Assembly: GCA_965235115.1 (NCBI GenBank)
Contig: OZ249436.1
Span: 13,580,001-13,640,000, forward strand
Length of the DNA: 60,000 nucleotides
Source: Laetmonice hystrix
Lineage: Eukaryota
Direction of reading: 5' to 3'
Positions 12,121 to 24,800 of this stretch are shown here, piece after piece. Below the pieces are notes generated by a model. That model was not told the DNA's origin. It did no database searches and saw only the letters and a program-made list of their open reading frames with translations. A program made the translations under genes and the position numbers. Each line of letters begins with the position of its first letter. Position 1 is the stretch's first letter.

Positions 12121-13970
12121 TGCTGACCTTTGAATAGAGATGGCTCCAAATTGACTCAGCAAGACCATTAAGTCAATGGTGGAGTATGTCGGTACACTTG
12201 GGCCTTGACACGCTAGGACATTATCACACCGCTAGTGCCCGGCCGGCAGGGGTGAAGAGACTCACAAGTGACCACTGTGTTTGTGAGGGGGATAACCACA
12301 GCGGCAGAGTTAAGCCACTGACGCCCCCGGCCCAGTACGCCCATGGCGCCCCTTTCATGGGCGTGGGTTGGAATTAGTAAATCATCGACCGGATTAGAGA
12401 ACGGCAAGCACAGTCAGGCATGAAGGACGGGTTTTCTACAGATAGGAAACTGTATAGGAGTAGCTGTAACAAAGAAGGCCCGAGTGTCATCAGTTAATAT
12501 TTCCGTCTGACCCGTTAGTATCAGTGAAATATATTTCTCTGTTACTTATAGAGCGACGGTCTAGACTAATGGAGGATGTATGCAGACAAGTGGGGAAGTG
12601 ATTCGCCAGTGCGCTAAGTAGTGGTTCTGAGGACCTTCATGCAAGGAAAAGAATCATTGATTATCTCATAACCCGCGGTGTATTTCACCTTTGTGCATCG
12701 ATATTTATTTCCAGGGTTTACCTTTTTCTTTCAATAATAGAATAGGCAACTCTCCTTATTGTGTATGGACGTTGTTGCAGCATTGTTTTGACAAATAAAA
12801 GGCCAGATTAACGCGGATACCTTATCGTAAGACTCGGGAACTCGTACACAGTTTGATGGACAGTCGGCCTGGTCGAACCGGCTGTCCATGATTCTGGTCA
12901 CATGGTGTCTGTCCGCTTAGACCGACGAATAACTAAAATAGGGCGCGGCGGGAGATGTGACCATTCTCTGCACGCCTCCCCGTCTTACGTTGAAGTGAAC
13001 TATTCCCCTTGTAATACTGTTTCATATCCTCCGCTTGTGAAGTAAATTAACCAAAGGGGCAAGGTTGCGCAGGAATGTCTATTTTTTACCAATTAGAAAT
13101 GACAACTATAGTGAGATTAAAGTCGATCAATAATTCATGGCGCCCCCTGCTGTCGTCTGTCACGGTGAATCCAGGGATTTCGAGTGGCCACAAAAAGAGG
13201 ACCACCTCACCGAGCAGTGTTCAGTGGCCGGTGTTGTCTTGTGCACAATTCGATCTGTTATCAGCCCGACAGCTGGTGGTGCAGTGTACTACCGGCTCAA
13301 TCCTCCTGTGGTAACTAATGTATCGACTGTCGCCGAAATCCTACCGGCTCTCCACGTATGTCCTCCTACTTTACACCATTATAATTATCCACACTCGCGT
13401 GTCATTTCCTGAAGTCATATTGAATCACGCCTCTGTCGAACCCGGACGGCCTATTTGGAAACTGTCTGAATCAAGTTAGGACACCACGGCCTTTAATCTA
13501 AGCTGACGTCTGGCTGAGATGATTCGGATAGATTAGTGGGACCCTCGGCCCCCATGGGGCCTATTTTAGGACTTTGTCTGGAGTTGTTTTAATAGCGTTT
13601 TCAATCGGTTGGATGAATTGGTTTGGTGGTTTGGTGGTTGCCTTGTGTCCGGAGATCTATATGCAGGAGCCGTCAGGTGCTTCATCTGTGCGAGGTTTGG
13701 GGGCGTACAATGGCACCATCGGCGTCTGCCAGTGCCAATCTCCCCCACACATGGGCTGCTGCCATGGTTTCATTCAGTACTTATTAGAATAAAACTAGAT
13801 AACGTGCGGTTCCTTTTAACGCTGGCCAAGTCGGCGAATCCCGGAAATGACGGCGCCATACGAGTCGGCTGGGTGATACCAGACAGAGGACAGACAAGGG
13901 GCGTGCGCGCTTGTCATTCCTAAGCTTCTTTATGTGCGACTTACGATATCCTTCATTATATTTTTTACAG

Positions 13971-14165
13971 ACGGACGACAAGGGTGTCTTTAATACGTCA
14001 TTGTCGGCTGAATACAAGCACGCAGCCCAAGCCTTTGACCTGTCGCATGATGACATCTGGCAGCTCTCCTACAACGCCATCGACTGTATCTTCGAGAATG
14101 AGCACGTAAAGGACGACCTGAAAGCTAGGTGGCGCCACTGGCGGGAGAGCGAGCGGACGAAGTGA
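13971..14165 (+). CDS. ADAL: ADAL terminal coding exon E
   Basis: ttttttacag acceptor. Encodes TDDKGVFNTSLSAEYKHAAQAFDLSHDDIWQLSYNAIDCIFENEHVKDDLKARWRHWRESERTK*; joined to exon D it gives the conserved CTDDKGVF motif. Confidence 0.95.
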   Translation, partial: TDDKGVFNTSLSAEYKHAAQAFDLSHDDIWQLSYNAIDCIFENEHVKDDLKARWRHWRESERTK

Positions 14166-14893
14166 CAGAGGATGCGGAGTGTGAGGAGACTGCCAGTGGT
14201 TAAGGGAGACAGATGATCGGCAAACTCAACTAGTCTCGGTGAGCTATGACTAGTGGTGGCAGACAGATGGTGCGCCCACACTGCTGTTTGCCAGGTTTGG
14301 TGTCAAGTAGAATGGACCTTTCTCCTCTGTGAGATGGATAGGGAAAGTCCGGCAAGATCTACTCTTAGAGTGGGCGACTTCCGGCACAAGTACGTCATCG
14401 GGAACATACTTTGGTGTGAGACACGAGGCATCACATGGTGAGATCCCCCCCCCCCCCCAAAAAAAAAAAAAAATTTAAAAAAAATTGAGACATTACTCCA
14501 TGTAGGGGAAGCGAGAAAGAGGGACCAAGTGCTTGTACCGCGTACTCGCAGTAAGACGAATTCGTGTTGGAAAGATTGCCTTTATTGAACTAGTCAGAAC
14601 TTGAGTAAAAACAAACGAGATGACGGAAAATCAGGGTTTAGGGATTTGTTTATTCATGTTGTGAGGTTGGAAATGCTTGCCCGAACGGCTCGATCCGATG
14701 TTGGGTATGCTTTGACAGTTTATACTAAAGTGGCCTAATAATTTAATGGTCAGTCCACTTATGTAGGCACTAAATATGTTCTCGTTTTCCCCTTGCTCCG
14801 AACATGGTAATTTTATATTTGGTGTTGATTCCCTTTGGTTATGATGAACCGTTGGTCGTTATCTCTGACGACGGGTTCTTACTGAAACCCTGA

Positions 14894-14899
14894 AATAAA
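14894..14899 (+). promoter_or_regulatory. Candidate ADAL polyadenylation signal
   Basis: First AATAAA I noticed downstream of the stop codon (~730 nt), followed by T-rich sequence. Confidence 0.35.
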
Positions 14900-15760
14900 A
14901 ACTATGAATGATGGGGACGTGAATTTTTATCTGAACTTTGTTCGCCTTTTCATGGTAATTGAAGCAGCGTTGCTGCCTCGTACATTATACAGGATCTATA
15001 AGCGTCAGGCTGAGCGATAGGAGGGGATGGATCCTAGGAGAAATCCTGTCCCAGATACGCCAGCGTTCTCGAGGTCCGACACTGGCTAGGACGATCTTAT
15101 CACACGTACCGTGAAAGACCCCCATCTGACACATGGTTGACAAATCACCTCTAACTCTTATTCCGTAAAGATTTGAAATCTGCAGGTTTACTCTTCTTAA
15201 ATTTGCTAAAGTAGAGCTATGGAAATAACACAAATTTACCTAAATTACACATTAGGATTTAATGATAACAACCAGATCACAACCGGGATTTGCTGCTGCG
15301 ATAATGGGAGTTAACCAAAAACTCAGGTTCGGGATTGAGGCAAACTCAACAAACAAACAAACAATGTTACATATAAGCCAGCCCCCCCCCCCCCCTTCCC
15401 ACTTGAGCTTGAGTTCCAATCCTGGCTGGTTTTCTGTCTCATTGGAAATAGAGGCAGATCGGCCTACAGACCAAGTAAACGGGGTAGAAGATTTCCGTCC
15501 GATTCCGGTTTATATGGGGAAAGGGCGTCTTTAGATAGTCCCCCAGAGTTCCGCTCTTGTGAAAAACGACCCCCACCCCGTGACCCAGGCTGGTTACGCC
15601 CCTGTAAGCCTCTGGAGCGTAGAGAAGTGACGTCCAAATCTCTGCTGCAATGTGTTTTATGCCATAGAATTCTGAAGTAGCATTAAAGTTTTTAAAGCAG
15701 GTAATCTCATACCTGCGACCTGTCCCATATAAAGCAGTCATACATTGTTGTTGCATTTAA

Positions 15761-16224
15761 AGGAAATATGTCACGGGGGTATCGACCGAAATCGTTAGTT
15801 TTCTGCTTACCTGCTCACCACTGACGTACTTTATGGCACTGATAGTTTTTCATATTGATTCTGTTAACACATACTACGAGTAGACAGCTGTGAAAGTCTC
15901 CCTAATGTAGAAAAATAAACAAAACTAACTGCAGCGTCCGTAAAGTGCGATGAATCCGCCATTTTGCCCCCCTTTGGCTGCCGCGAATCGTTTGAACGGG
16001 TCCCATGATCACGTGACTCTCGCTGTGATTACTCGAGATGTAAACACGCGCCATTGCTGCCATGTGCTCGGGAATCCGCCGATCGTGTGATTTTTTTTTT
16101 TACAAAATACCGGCCAAGGCTACATAAACAGGTAGGGGACCTTTGGAGCATATCGGAGAACCGCAATGCAGACATATTTTTGCTGAAACACGACGTATTA
16201 TTTGAAATTCGTGACATATTACCT
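15761..16224. mobile_element. Non-autonomous TTAA-inserting DNA transposon (Kolobok-like), copy 1
   Basis: TTAA on both sides (15757-15760 and 16225-16228); 15-bp TIR aggaaatatgtcacg / cgtgacatattacct (14/15). A second copy lies at 49265-50278. Confidence 0.85.
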
Positions 16225-16642
16225 TTAAACTAGCTCCCTTAAGAAATAGTTTGCTTCAAAATATTCACTTTTGTAGAAATTAAGGCAAAAAATCATCGAA
16301 TGATTTTTGTCCTGTAGACACGGTTGCCCAATGAAGCAGCGGCCGAGAATCTGGACCTGAAACAGATCTGAAAGCATGCACAGGCAAGTAGGTTTTTACC
16401 ATGGTAAGGTCACGCTACAGTTATAATTGTTACTAAACAACTTTTTATTATCAGTGCCATTGTGCCTTTAAATAAGGAGTAACTGTTCGGTTTTTAGCTT
16501 GCCCTAAATGTTGAAAGAATATATTGCTGTTAGGCCAGGAGGATGTATTAGGCGCAGCATGTAGACAAAACGTGTAAAATGGAATGTTTTCGAGACGTCG
16601 CCACACCGGGGACTGGCAGGGTAAAAGGTGTTGGATAATTGT

Positions 16643-17807
16643 AGTGGCAGACAGGAATACATGGTCGTGGCAGGGAGAATGGCGTTAGTCTATCAGCAGT
16701 GGCAGACAGGAATACATGGTCGTGGTAGGGAGAATGGCGTTAGTCTATCAGCAGTGGCAGACAGGAATACATGGTCGTGGCAGGGAGAATGACGTTAGTC
16801 TATCAGCAGTGGCAGACAGGAATACATGGTCATGGCAGGGAGAATGGCGTTAGTCTATCAGCAGTGGCAGACAGGAATACATGGTCGTGGTAGGGAGAAT
16901 GGCGTTAGTCTATCAGCAGTGGCAGACAGGAATACATGGTCGTGGCAGGGAGAATGACGTTAGTCTATCAGCAGTGGCAGACAGGAATACATGGTCGTGG
17001 TAGGGAGAATGGCGTTAGTCTATCAGCAGTGGCAGACAGGAATACATGGTCGTGGCAGGGAGAATGGCGTTAGTCTATCAGCAGTGGCAGACAGGAATAC
17101 ATGGTCGTGGTAGGGAGAATGGCGTTAGTCTATCAGCAGTGGCAGACAGGAATACATGGTCGTGGCAGGGAGAATGGCGTCAGTCTATCAGCAGTGGCAG
17201 ACAGGAATACATGGTCGTGGCAGGGAGAATGGCGTTAGTCTATCATCAGTGGCAGACAGGAATACATGGTCATGGCAGGGAGAATGGCGTTAGTCTATCA
17301 GCAGTGGCAGACAGGAATACATGGTCGTGGCAGGGAGAATGGCGTTAGTCTATCAGCAGTGGCAGACAGGAATACATGGTCGTGGCAGGGAGAATGGCGT
17401 CAGTCTATCAGCAGTGGCAGACAGGAATACATGGTCGTGGCAGGGAGAATGGCGTTAGTCTATCAGCAGTGGCAGACAGGAATACATGGTCGTGGCAGGG
17501 AGAATGGCGTTAGTCTATCAGCAGTGGCAGACAGGAATACATGGTCGTGGTAGGGAGAATGGCGTTAGTCTATCAGCAGTGGCAGACAGGAATACATGGT
17601 CGTGGCAGGGAGAATGGCGTTAGTCTATCAGCAGTGGCAGACAGGAATACATGGTCGTGGCAGGGAGAATGGCGTTAGTCTATCAGCAGTGGCAGACAGG
17701 AATACATGGTCGTGGCAGGGAGAATGGCGTTAGTCTATCAGCAGTGGCAGACAGGAATACATGGTCGTGGCAGGGAGAATGGCGTTAGTCTTTCAGCAGT
17801 GGCAGAC
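16643..17807. repeat. 55-bp tandem minisatellite (~21 copies)
   Basis: Unit agtggcagacaggaatacatggtcgtggcagggagaatggcgttagtctatcagc; near-identical head-to-tail copies, no spacers. Confidence 0.97.
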
Positions 17808-18656
17808 AAAACGGCACTACTTTCACGGCTGTCACAGAATGAAACTTTGTATGTTGACACTGTGGTACTAAATGTATTGAATAATCGGTTTCGTACTTCA
17901 CATTTTGTTCTTTTGTTAAACTGCGTTCGCCATAATATTCGAAGTAATCAGGGCATACTATAAACATGATTATAGCTTTGTAGACTGTTTAGAAACGACC
18001 AAATGGTAAGTTCAGGTTTATGCGTAGTTTTACGGTCCAGAAAACTATATAAACGTCAAGATCTGCGTACACCGAGTCGTCGTTCGAACGTCCCTATCAG
18101 TACGCATCTTTCTGTGGTTTCAAGAAATGCATGTATTCTTTATGTCAGCATCCAAGGCGCGATGCATTATAGTTAATGCGTAGTAGTCGATATATTCACG
18201 AGCGATTCAAGATGTCTTGCCCGTTTGACAGCTGTTACCATCGCTCATAAGCGTACTTGGGCGATCGATTTTTGAGAGCTAAACACTCGAAGGTATTGGT
18301 GTATTCCGATGATGTTATCTCCAGACAGCAGTAGTTGGACAAGAGTGGCTCAAGCCTGTCCGGCTGTCTGTCCGTCTGTACACCCAGTGTCTGCACGTCA
18401 CTCGGTCTGGTCGGGGAAATGGTTAATAATTCAACTCTTCCACAGTTTAACAGCGGGGGCTGGGGGCATGGGCCCAAACGCAAATGTTTTCTCTAATCAT
18501 GCACTGAGCCACTGGGCGCCCCATGTTTTATGCTTCACCATCCCTGTCCACTAAATTTAGGAGCTATTTTTGGAGACCTATGATCGTATCAAATTCCCTG
18601 TTAACAATTTTGCACAATGTAAAGCCATTTGCCATTCAGAAAAGACTCGATATGTG

Positions 18657-18670
18657 CTGCCATCTAGTGG
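18657..18670 (-). promoter_or_regulatory. CTCF-like motif
   Basis: Minus strand reads CCACTAGATGGCAG, a full match to the CCASYAGRKGGCRS core. Confidence 0.4.
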
Positions 18671-20382
18671 TTTGCGCTACAGGTTGTTGTTTTTCGGTCA
18701 ACTGCAGTTTTGTATTTTTACCTTTATAATATAGATCTGTAAGAATCAGTCTACAAGCACTGTTTTCATCATGGTTTAAGGTAACATTTTTCATCGCTCT
18801 AAAACTCTTTTCTCACGACGAAGCTGATACATGATGTCGAACATCATGATTGATAGAGAGCTAAAGCACATAGTTTTCTTGTCTGACATGAAGGTGTGAA
18901 ACTTAGCCTTGCTGTGGGTGAGAAAACCAGCCTCTGCAGCTGGTCACCAATTGGAACCGTCCCTCTGGGGGTTGGTACTGTTGTCTGAACTGTAAGCCAT
19001 TAACAATAGATAGAGTGACATAGGGTGAACATATTTCTCTTACCACGTTAGGCAAATGAGGCCGGTTTAAGGCAATTTGAACCAAGGTGTGAATAACAGC
19101 CTGCAAGACCAAGTCGCCCCACCGCCCAAAGTTCATCCATAGTCATTGTGCATGTTATATTGTGTATGGTACACATTTAGTACACTCATAAAACCCTGTT
19201 TCCGTCGTTGGTTCTAGCGCAGAACAATAAAAGTTGTGTAGATCCAAGTTTTATACGTCAGGATTCAATAAAGGATGACCACGCGAATATATTAGGGGCT
19301 GTGTCAGATGAGGACCCCTCCCTTGGCGTGAGCTAAATTAAAACACGTGGATGCCGGAGGTCGAAGTCATGCGTCTGAAGACTTGACTCCAGAGCGAAGG
19401 TGAAAGGTCAAAGGCCTGGACCAAGGCTGACCTAGGGTCAGCCAGGCCGGCAGATCTCTTGATCCCCTTCAAGCTGCATGCCAGCCAAGCCTCTAGACAC
19501 CAGAAAAATACGTGTTAAAATTAGCTCGGCCTTGGGGATGGGCGGGTCGATGACAGGTACTGTGAGATGACCAATGGAGGGTAGGAGGGTGAGGGCCAGC
19601 AGCAGGGAGACTGGGGTCTTCGGGGTGGCAGAGATAAGACTGCCCGTCCCGCCTCGTGGTTACATTATGAGATAACGTTTATGTCGCCCGTCACTGCAAA
19701 TGGGCACAGGCAGTGTGGCCAGGCGACGCGGACAACGCCTAAATGATAATGTTGGTAGTACAATAAAAGTTTTACTGTTTGCAGCCATGACCCTCTAATT
19801 AACCATGCTGGTACCTTAGGTGTTAAGTAAAATAGAAAACGTATTTAATACCGCCAACCCCATAGAAGCGACCAGGAAGTGAACTTTATATTTTTCTTCT
19901 GCCGCTGCCGTAGAATTCGGCACCGTTTTCCGGTTGTGTTCAGAACATAGGACGGATGTCCTCCGCGACTTCTTCATGAGTATCACTTCTCGCCATATGT
20001 TTGGAAACTGGTCGTTCTCAAGTACCCACAGGTGGCTAACGACTGTTCAGTGGGCCCCCTCTGACAGTATAAACGTATGTACCTGAACATGCTCGCCAGG
20101 CTTCGCAATAATTGGAACCGTACTCCACTTATTGCCTACTGCAATTCGCTCATGCCGGGAAATAAGTTGCGCATTCAATACCAGGCGCTTTCTCTTCTTA
20201 TAGTGTATGTAACCCGTTTAGTATTTCTGCCTGTGAAAGATATCCTACACGGCATATTGGTGGAAGTGATTTTCATGTTATGCAAAACTATCAAAATCTT
20301 TTGCCGTACTTTGAGAGGCTGAAAAAGTAGGAATAAACTCATGTCTGGAATGATGGTGGAATGGGCAACAGTAGTGACAGCC

Positions 20383-20387
20383 AACAA

Positions 20388-20419
<32 letters not shown>

Positions 20420-20434
20420 CCAGCAGCAGCAGCG

Positions 20435-20502
<68 letters not shown>

Positions 20503-20512
20503 GTGCAGCAGC
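20383..20512. repeat. Compound (CAG)n/(CAA)n microsatellite
   Basis: Alternating CAG and CAA blocks; accounts for the poly-Q, poly-L and poly-C ORFs. Confidence 0.95.
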
Positions 20513-23500
20513 AGTTATACCAATAACATCAGAAGCGACAATAGGACGATAAAGTAATGCATGGCTGTCCAGGCCTATGGCCGGGTTGGGTGTCTGGTCA
20601 CCTGGCGGTGACGCTGGGAGTCGGCCATCAGTCGCGCTAACGTCTGCCTCCCTACAGATAACACGGCTCGTCGCTCGACCAGCCGATTTTTTCATGTCAG
20701 TGTTACGGTTATAACTAGAAATTGCTCTGTCGAGCACAACGTTTCCCTTTGGGGAATAGGCTGAAGTGATTATGTGTAGGTATGGTTTGCCATGTTTAAT
20801 ATACATGTGTATGATACTTTTACCTAAAAGTTATAGAACAGTGGCTAGATACCACCGAACCCCTGGCTGTCGAATAACAGATAAACCCACAAAAAACAAG
20901 GTGTGAATTCCAACCAAACAGCGTTGAGGGAAGAAACCTACATGAAAACATGAAAATTCGACAATTTCGGCCCAGTTATTGAGTGCAACGCTAAAAAATA
21001 GAACCTGATCGGCGATTACACTTAATTACTAAATAAATCCCGGAACGAAGAAACATAGGAAAGAAGCAAAAACAAAACGTCTGCCATCTGGTGATGCGTC
21101 ATAAAGGCAGACATTTAGGGAGACTGAAATGGTACTTATTTCCGGTTCCGGCCCATCCCGGAAGCCGAAACCATGCTGGGCCTGAAAGGGTGTATTACTC
21201 CCCTCTTATTTTGATCTCTGAAGAGCGTTTTTTGCAGGAGACTGTAATCTTTCTATACTTCATAACAGAACCGTTTTGGTGTTATGGTTCTGGTCAACTG
21301 GTTTGTAGCATATAGACCGCCAGTTGGCATTTTACCTGATTAAAGCTGAAAATGACTGGACCTTGCCACACCGAGGACTCCTATCTTCTGGACTTACCGA
21401 TATGGTTAGACCTTTTTCTCGGACCCCCATGGAAGTCTGCTGATAGTCAACTCGTCAAACCTCCGTTTAACTGAAAGATACAATTGGTTGTAGACTGTGG
21501 GTGGTTTCAGCCACGCAGCGCTTATCATTGCTAGACGCAGGTTGAGGAGATATGTTGGGAAGGTTATGGGACTAGTTCACTGATTCTAGTAGTCGTACTT
21601 GGCTGTGAGCAAGCCGATCGTATTCCGTCCGTATACTGGTTGTAATCTGTGTCCAGCACGCCGGCCAGGTATCTTTGTCAAAATGTTACCTTTGATCTGA
21701 TAATACTCCATGCAGACAGACAGCGCCCGCCATCCAGTTTGGTTCCGTCAACTAAGCGGGATGTTACACGCAATGAATCGTTGGAGGGTGGAATTCGTGG
21801 GTGGTCGAAATTTACGGTTCATGTGGGGTGAGGATGGGGCAGAGCACATGGTTACTTTAAAAAAACTTTGGGGGGGGGGGGATTGGATAAAATTTAGTGT
21901 TAACTATAACATTTTATCTGAACATCCCAGTTTAACACATGTAGCATCCACCAAACTGATAAAGAAGGTGACAACAATATTTTGCGGTAGGCCTGCCGTT
22001 ACTGGAACCTTTGGTGTCAACTAAACAGTTAAATCATCGGACGAACCCGTCAAACGGCCGAGGAAAAACTACATCTGCAACTTCATCAGGTGCTTATATT
22101 TTTATTTTTTCGTTTCGGATTAAAGAAGATATGCTTGCCGGTTAGTGCAAGGCATATAAATGGAATTTATTTCCGACAGTGAAACTGTCATGCATGCGAG
22201 AATGCATGGACAAAACAACTATATACCCATGCTCTTCGTCTACAAAATTATAAAGTAAATGCCATGTTCTAAACTAATAAGAGGTTATAGGGTACATGCA
22301 TCATGTTGATAGCATTAGGTTGTGCTGTACGGGATTACAAGTGGTTATGGATGGTGCTGGTACGTGTTATTCACCCATTCTCTGCTGTTTGCAGGCTGTG
22401 CTAACCTCATCTAAACTGTCGCGGGGAGATGATGACACGTACCAACCAGGCCCGGTCCCAAATATTTTGTTGTCCGAGCGACTTTGGTAAATTAATATGT
22501 ATGGCGGCTGCCAGAATCAGTCCCAGTCACAGATTGACAGTAACTTGTATAGTGGGCGTATTGCGATGCGAAATTCATTAGTGTAGCTGAATGATGTGGG
22601 GTAGCACTTGAAGTGTCCGACGAGCGAGGGGCTCCCACAGTGTCGGTATTTCACTCAGATCATTAAAGGGGCTTGTCCATTAAGGTCACTTTTGTATGCA
22701 GCGTCATGCTATTTTTGATTTCGATCCGGGTTAAAACATTGAAACCCATTTTCAAATGAGGTGTAAATAGCAAGGAAATATTACAGTGCGGATTTCGATC
22801 TTTAAACCTAAAATCACATGGACATCGCAAGACAAATCTTATCAGTGGATAGGCCCCTTCAGCGTGGCGTCGCTGACCACATTTATTGGCGATCGATCAA
22901 CTACTATATCTCGGCAAGGTCGGATCGCAAAGATGGCACTTAAATCGACATCGTGTCTTTCTACATTTTGGTAAAATATACTAAATATTAATATTCAATA
23001 TATCCAAGTATGTAAAGATCTCATGAAATGGCACGTGCGAGTGTATGGGGCAGGATTATCTGGGCTAACCACATAATATAAGGCCGACACGGTATGCTTC
23101 AGTTGCCATCAACTATATATGGAACTATGCTGATAGAACATAGAGCCATCTGACAAGTCAGTGGGAGCCCTTGCCCAACCGAGGGTAAAATAGTTCAGAA
23201 TACAGCGTGCATGAGAGTCGACTAATACTTCTCCCACCACAAACCGGTTTTGTAAGCGGGGCTATGTAGTGTAATCAGCTTTAAAGCATTAGAATGGAAA
23301 TGGAATAAGTCGGGGAAACGAGTAATGTCTTTGTGTATCGACAACTTAAACTAATTGCAGACTTATTATCTTAATGAAAAGATGTTCCAGTGAATAGCAT
23401 TCATCACAATCGATGATCCAATGACGATAATCCATGAAGGGTAGAGGCAGATTTGTCGTCATCCGTTCCGACAGTATGGACGAGACCGTCCACCGACCTC

Positions 23501-24649
23501 CATACTACAGGCAGCCGTACAAAGCGCCCGAGTCAATCGGTCCATAGTAGGGTTTACTCTGTCAAGCCTTCAAGTTGGCACGCAGCAATGCAACCATCCC
23601 CATTTTCTTCTGCTGATATTGTTATTGCAATCATCTCTATGGTAGATGATTTAGAGTTCTGAAGCGACTATCCATTGAAAGCAATCAATACCAACAGGTT
23701 CTGTTAAACCTATTAAATAAGACGTCTCGATGGTGAAATGTACTTCAGAACTCGCTATTGACATTTGAAATGAAAAACAACTGACCCTAACCTGTATATA
23801 CATACAAATTATAGCCGATTAGCCAAGTGGTCGTAACTTTGTTATTGAGAATTCTTTGGCGAATACTCCATTCGTAATGATTTACAGACACAAATATCGA
23901 TTCTAATATTGCATGATACAGTCTAGTGTATTAACAACTTCAAGATATATTGCAATATTGTATATATCGGATTAAAGCCCACTCAAGATATCAGATTCTG
24001 TAACGTGAAACAAACATGCCTGTTGGTTTGATGGTCAGGTCCTATTAGCGGATTTGCTTCTCGTTATAGGCGTACTCGCCCGCACTTTCCGAATCGGTCT
24101 CATGGACTTGACATGAAGGATCACTGGATGACGCACTAAAGTTAAAAGTGGAGCGAGTTGATTACAAGCAATGCAACACAAAGGGCAGGCAGGAACACTG
24201 ACCGGTCTTCATGATAACATATAAGGTTTTCATCTTGACGCCCACGAATATGTCGTGTAGGTAGGTCTGTTAAGTATATTGGCAAACGGAATTGGCATGG
24301 TTTGTGCGACTTTCTCTTGTCGTCCTTGTTCTGAAGATGTGAAGTGCGCAATCTCGGAGTGAGCGTTTCCTGACAGTCTGGACAGATCATAAATCACCTT
24401 CCAGTCCAATATAATTTAGACGAAGTCCAAAAAGCACATGTATAACTTGCTTCCCGTCCTAGCGAAAACGATCGGCATCCCCAAGAGAGGCTCATGGTAG
24501 GCCTGTAATGTTTTGAGTGAACCCATAGAAACTTTTTCTGGGGGCGGAAGTTGTCACCCCAGGTGACAAGGGAGAACGAAACATAACACCGGAAGTGGGC
24601 TAGGTGGTTGTCCGGACACCTTTATAGAAAGAGTGCCGAGTTCACGTCA

Positions 24650-24800
24650 GGGTGCGTTTTACCAAGCCCAAAAGACGTCTTTGAAATGGTCGCTGAGCCA
24701 AAGAGGTCTTTGCGACGACGGGTGTTTCACTAACCATTTTTTTTTAACATTGGCCCCGCAAAGACGTCTTTCCAAAGACATCCTTCGTTAGTAAAACGCA
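24650..24800. mobile_element. Degenerate MITE with Harbinger-like termini; related fragment at 55744-55825
   Basis: Inverted ends tgcgttttaccaa / ttagtaaaacgca (12/13). A 37-bp core tttaacattggccccgcaaagacgtctttccaaagac is identical at 24743-24779 and 55781-55817. Confidence 0.6.

Noticed and set aside
16643..17807. CRISPR-like array (also considered for the 39-, 48-, 77- and 83-bp arrays)
   Set aside because: Units are head-to-tail with no unique spacers, no cas genes are present, and the context is an intron-containing eukaryotic gene.
20175..20806. Poly-Q, poly-L and poly-C ORFs (also 1050-1317 and 43397-43762)
   Set aside because: Translations of CAG/CAA and GA microsatellites with no domain or convincing splice context.
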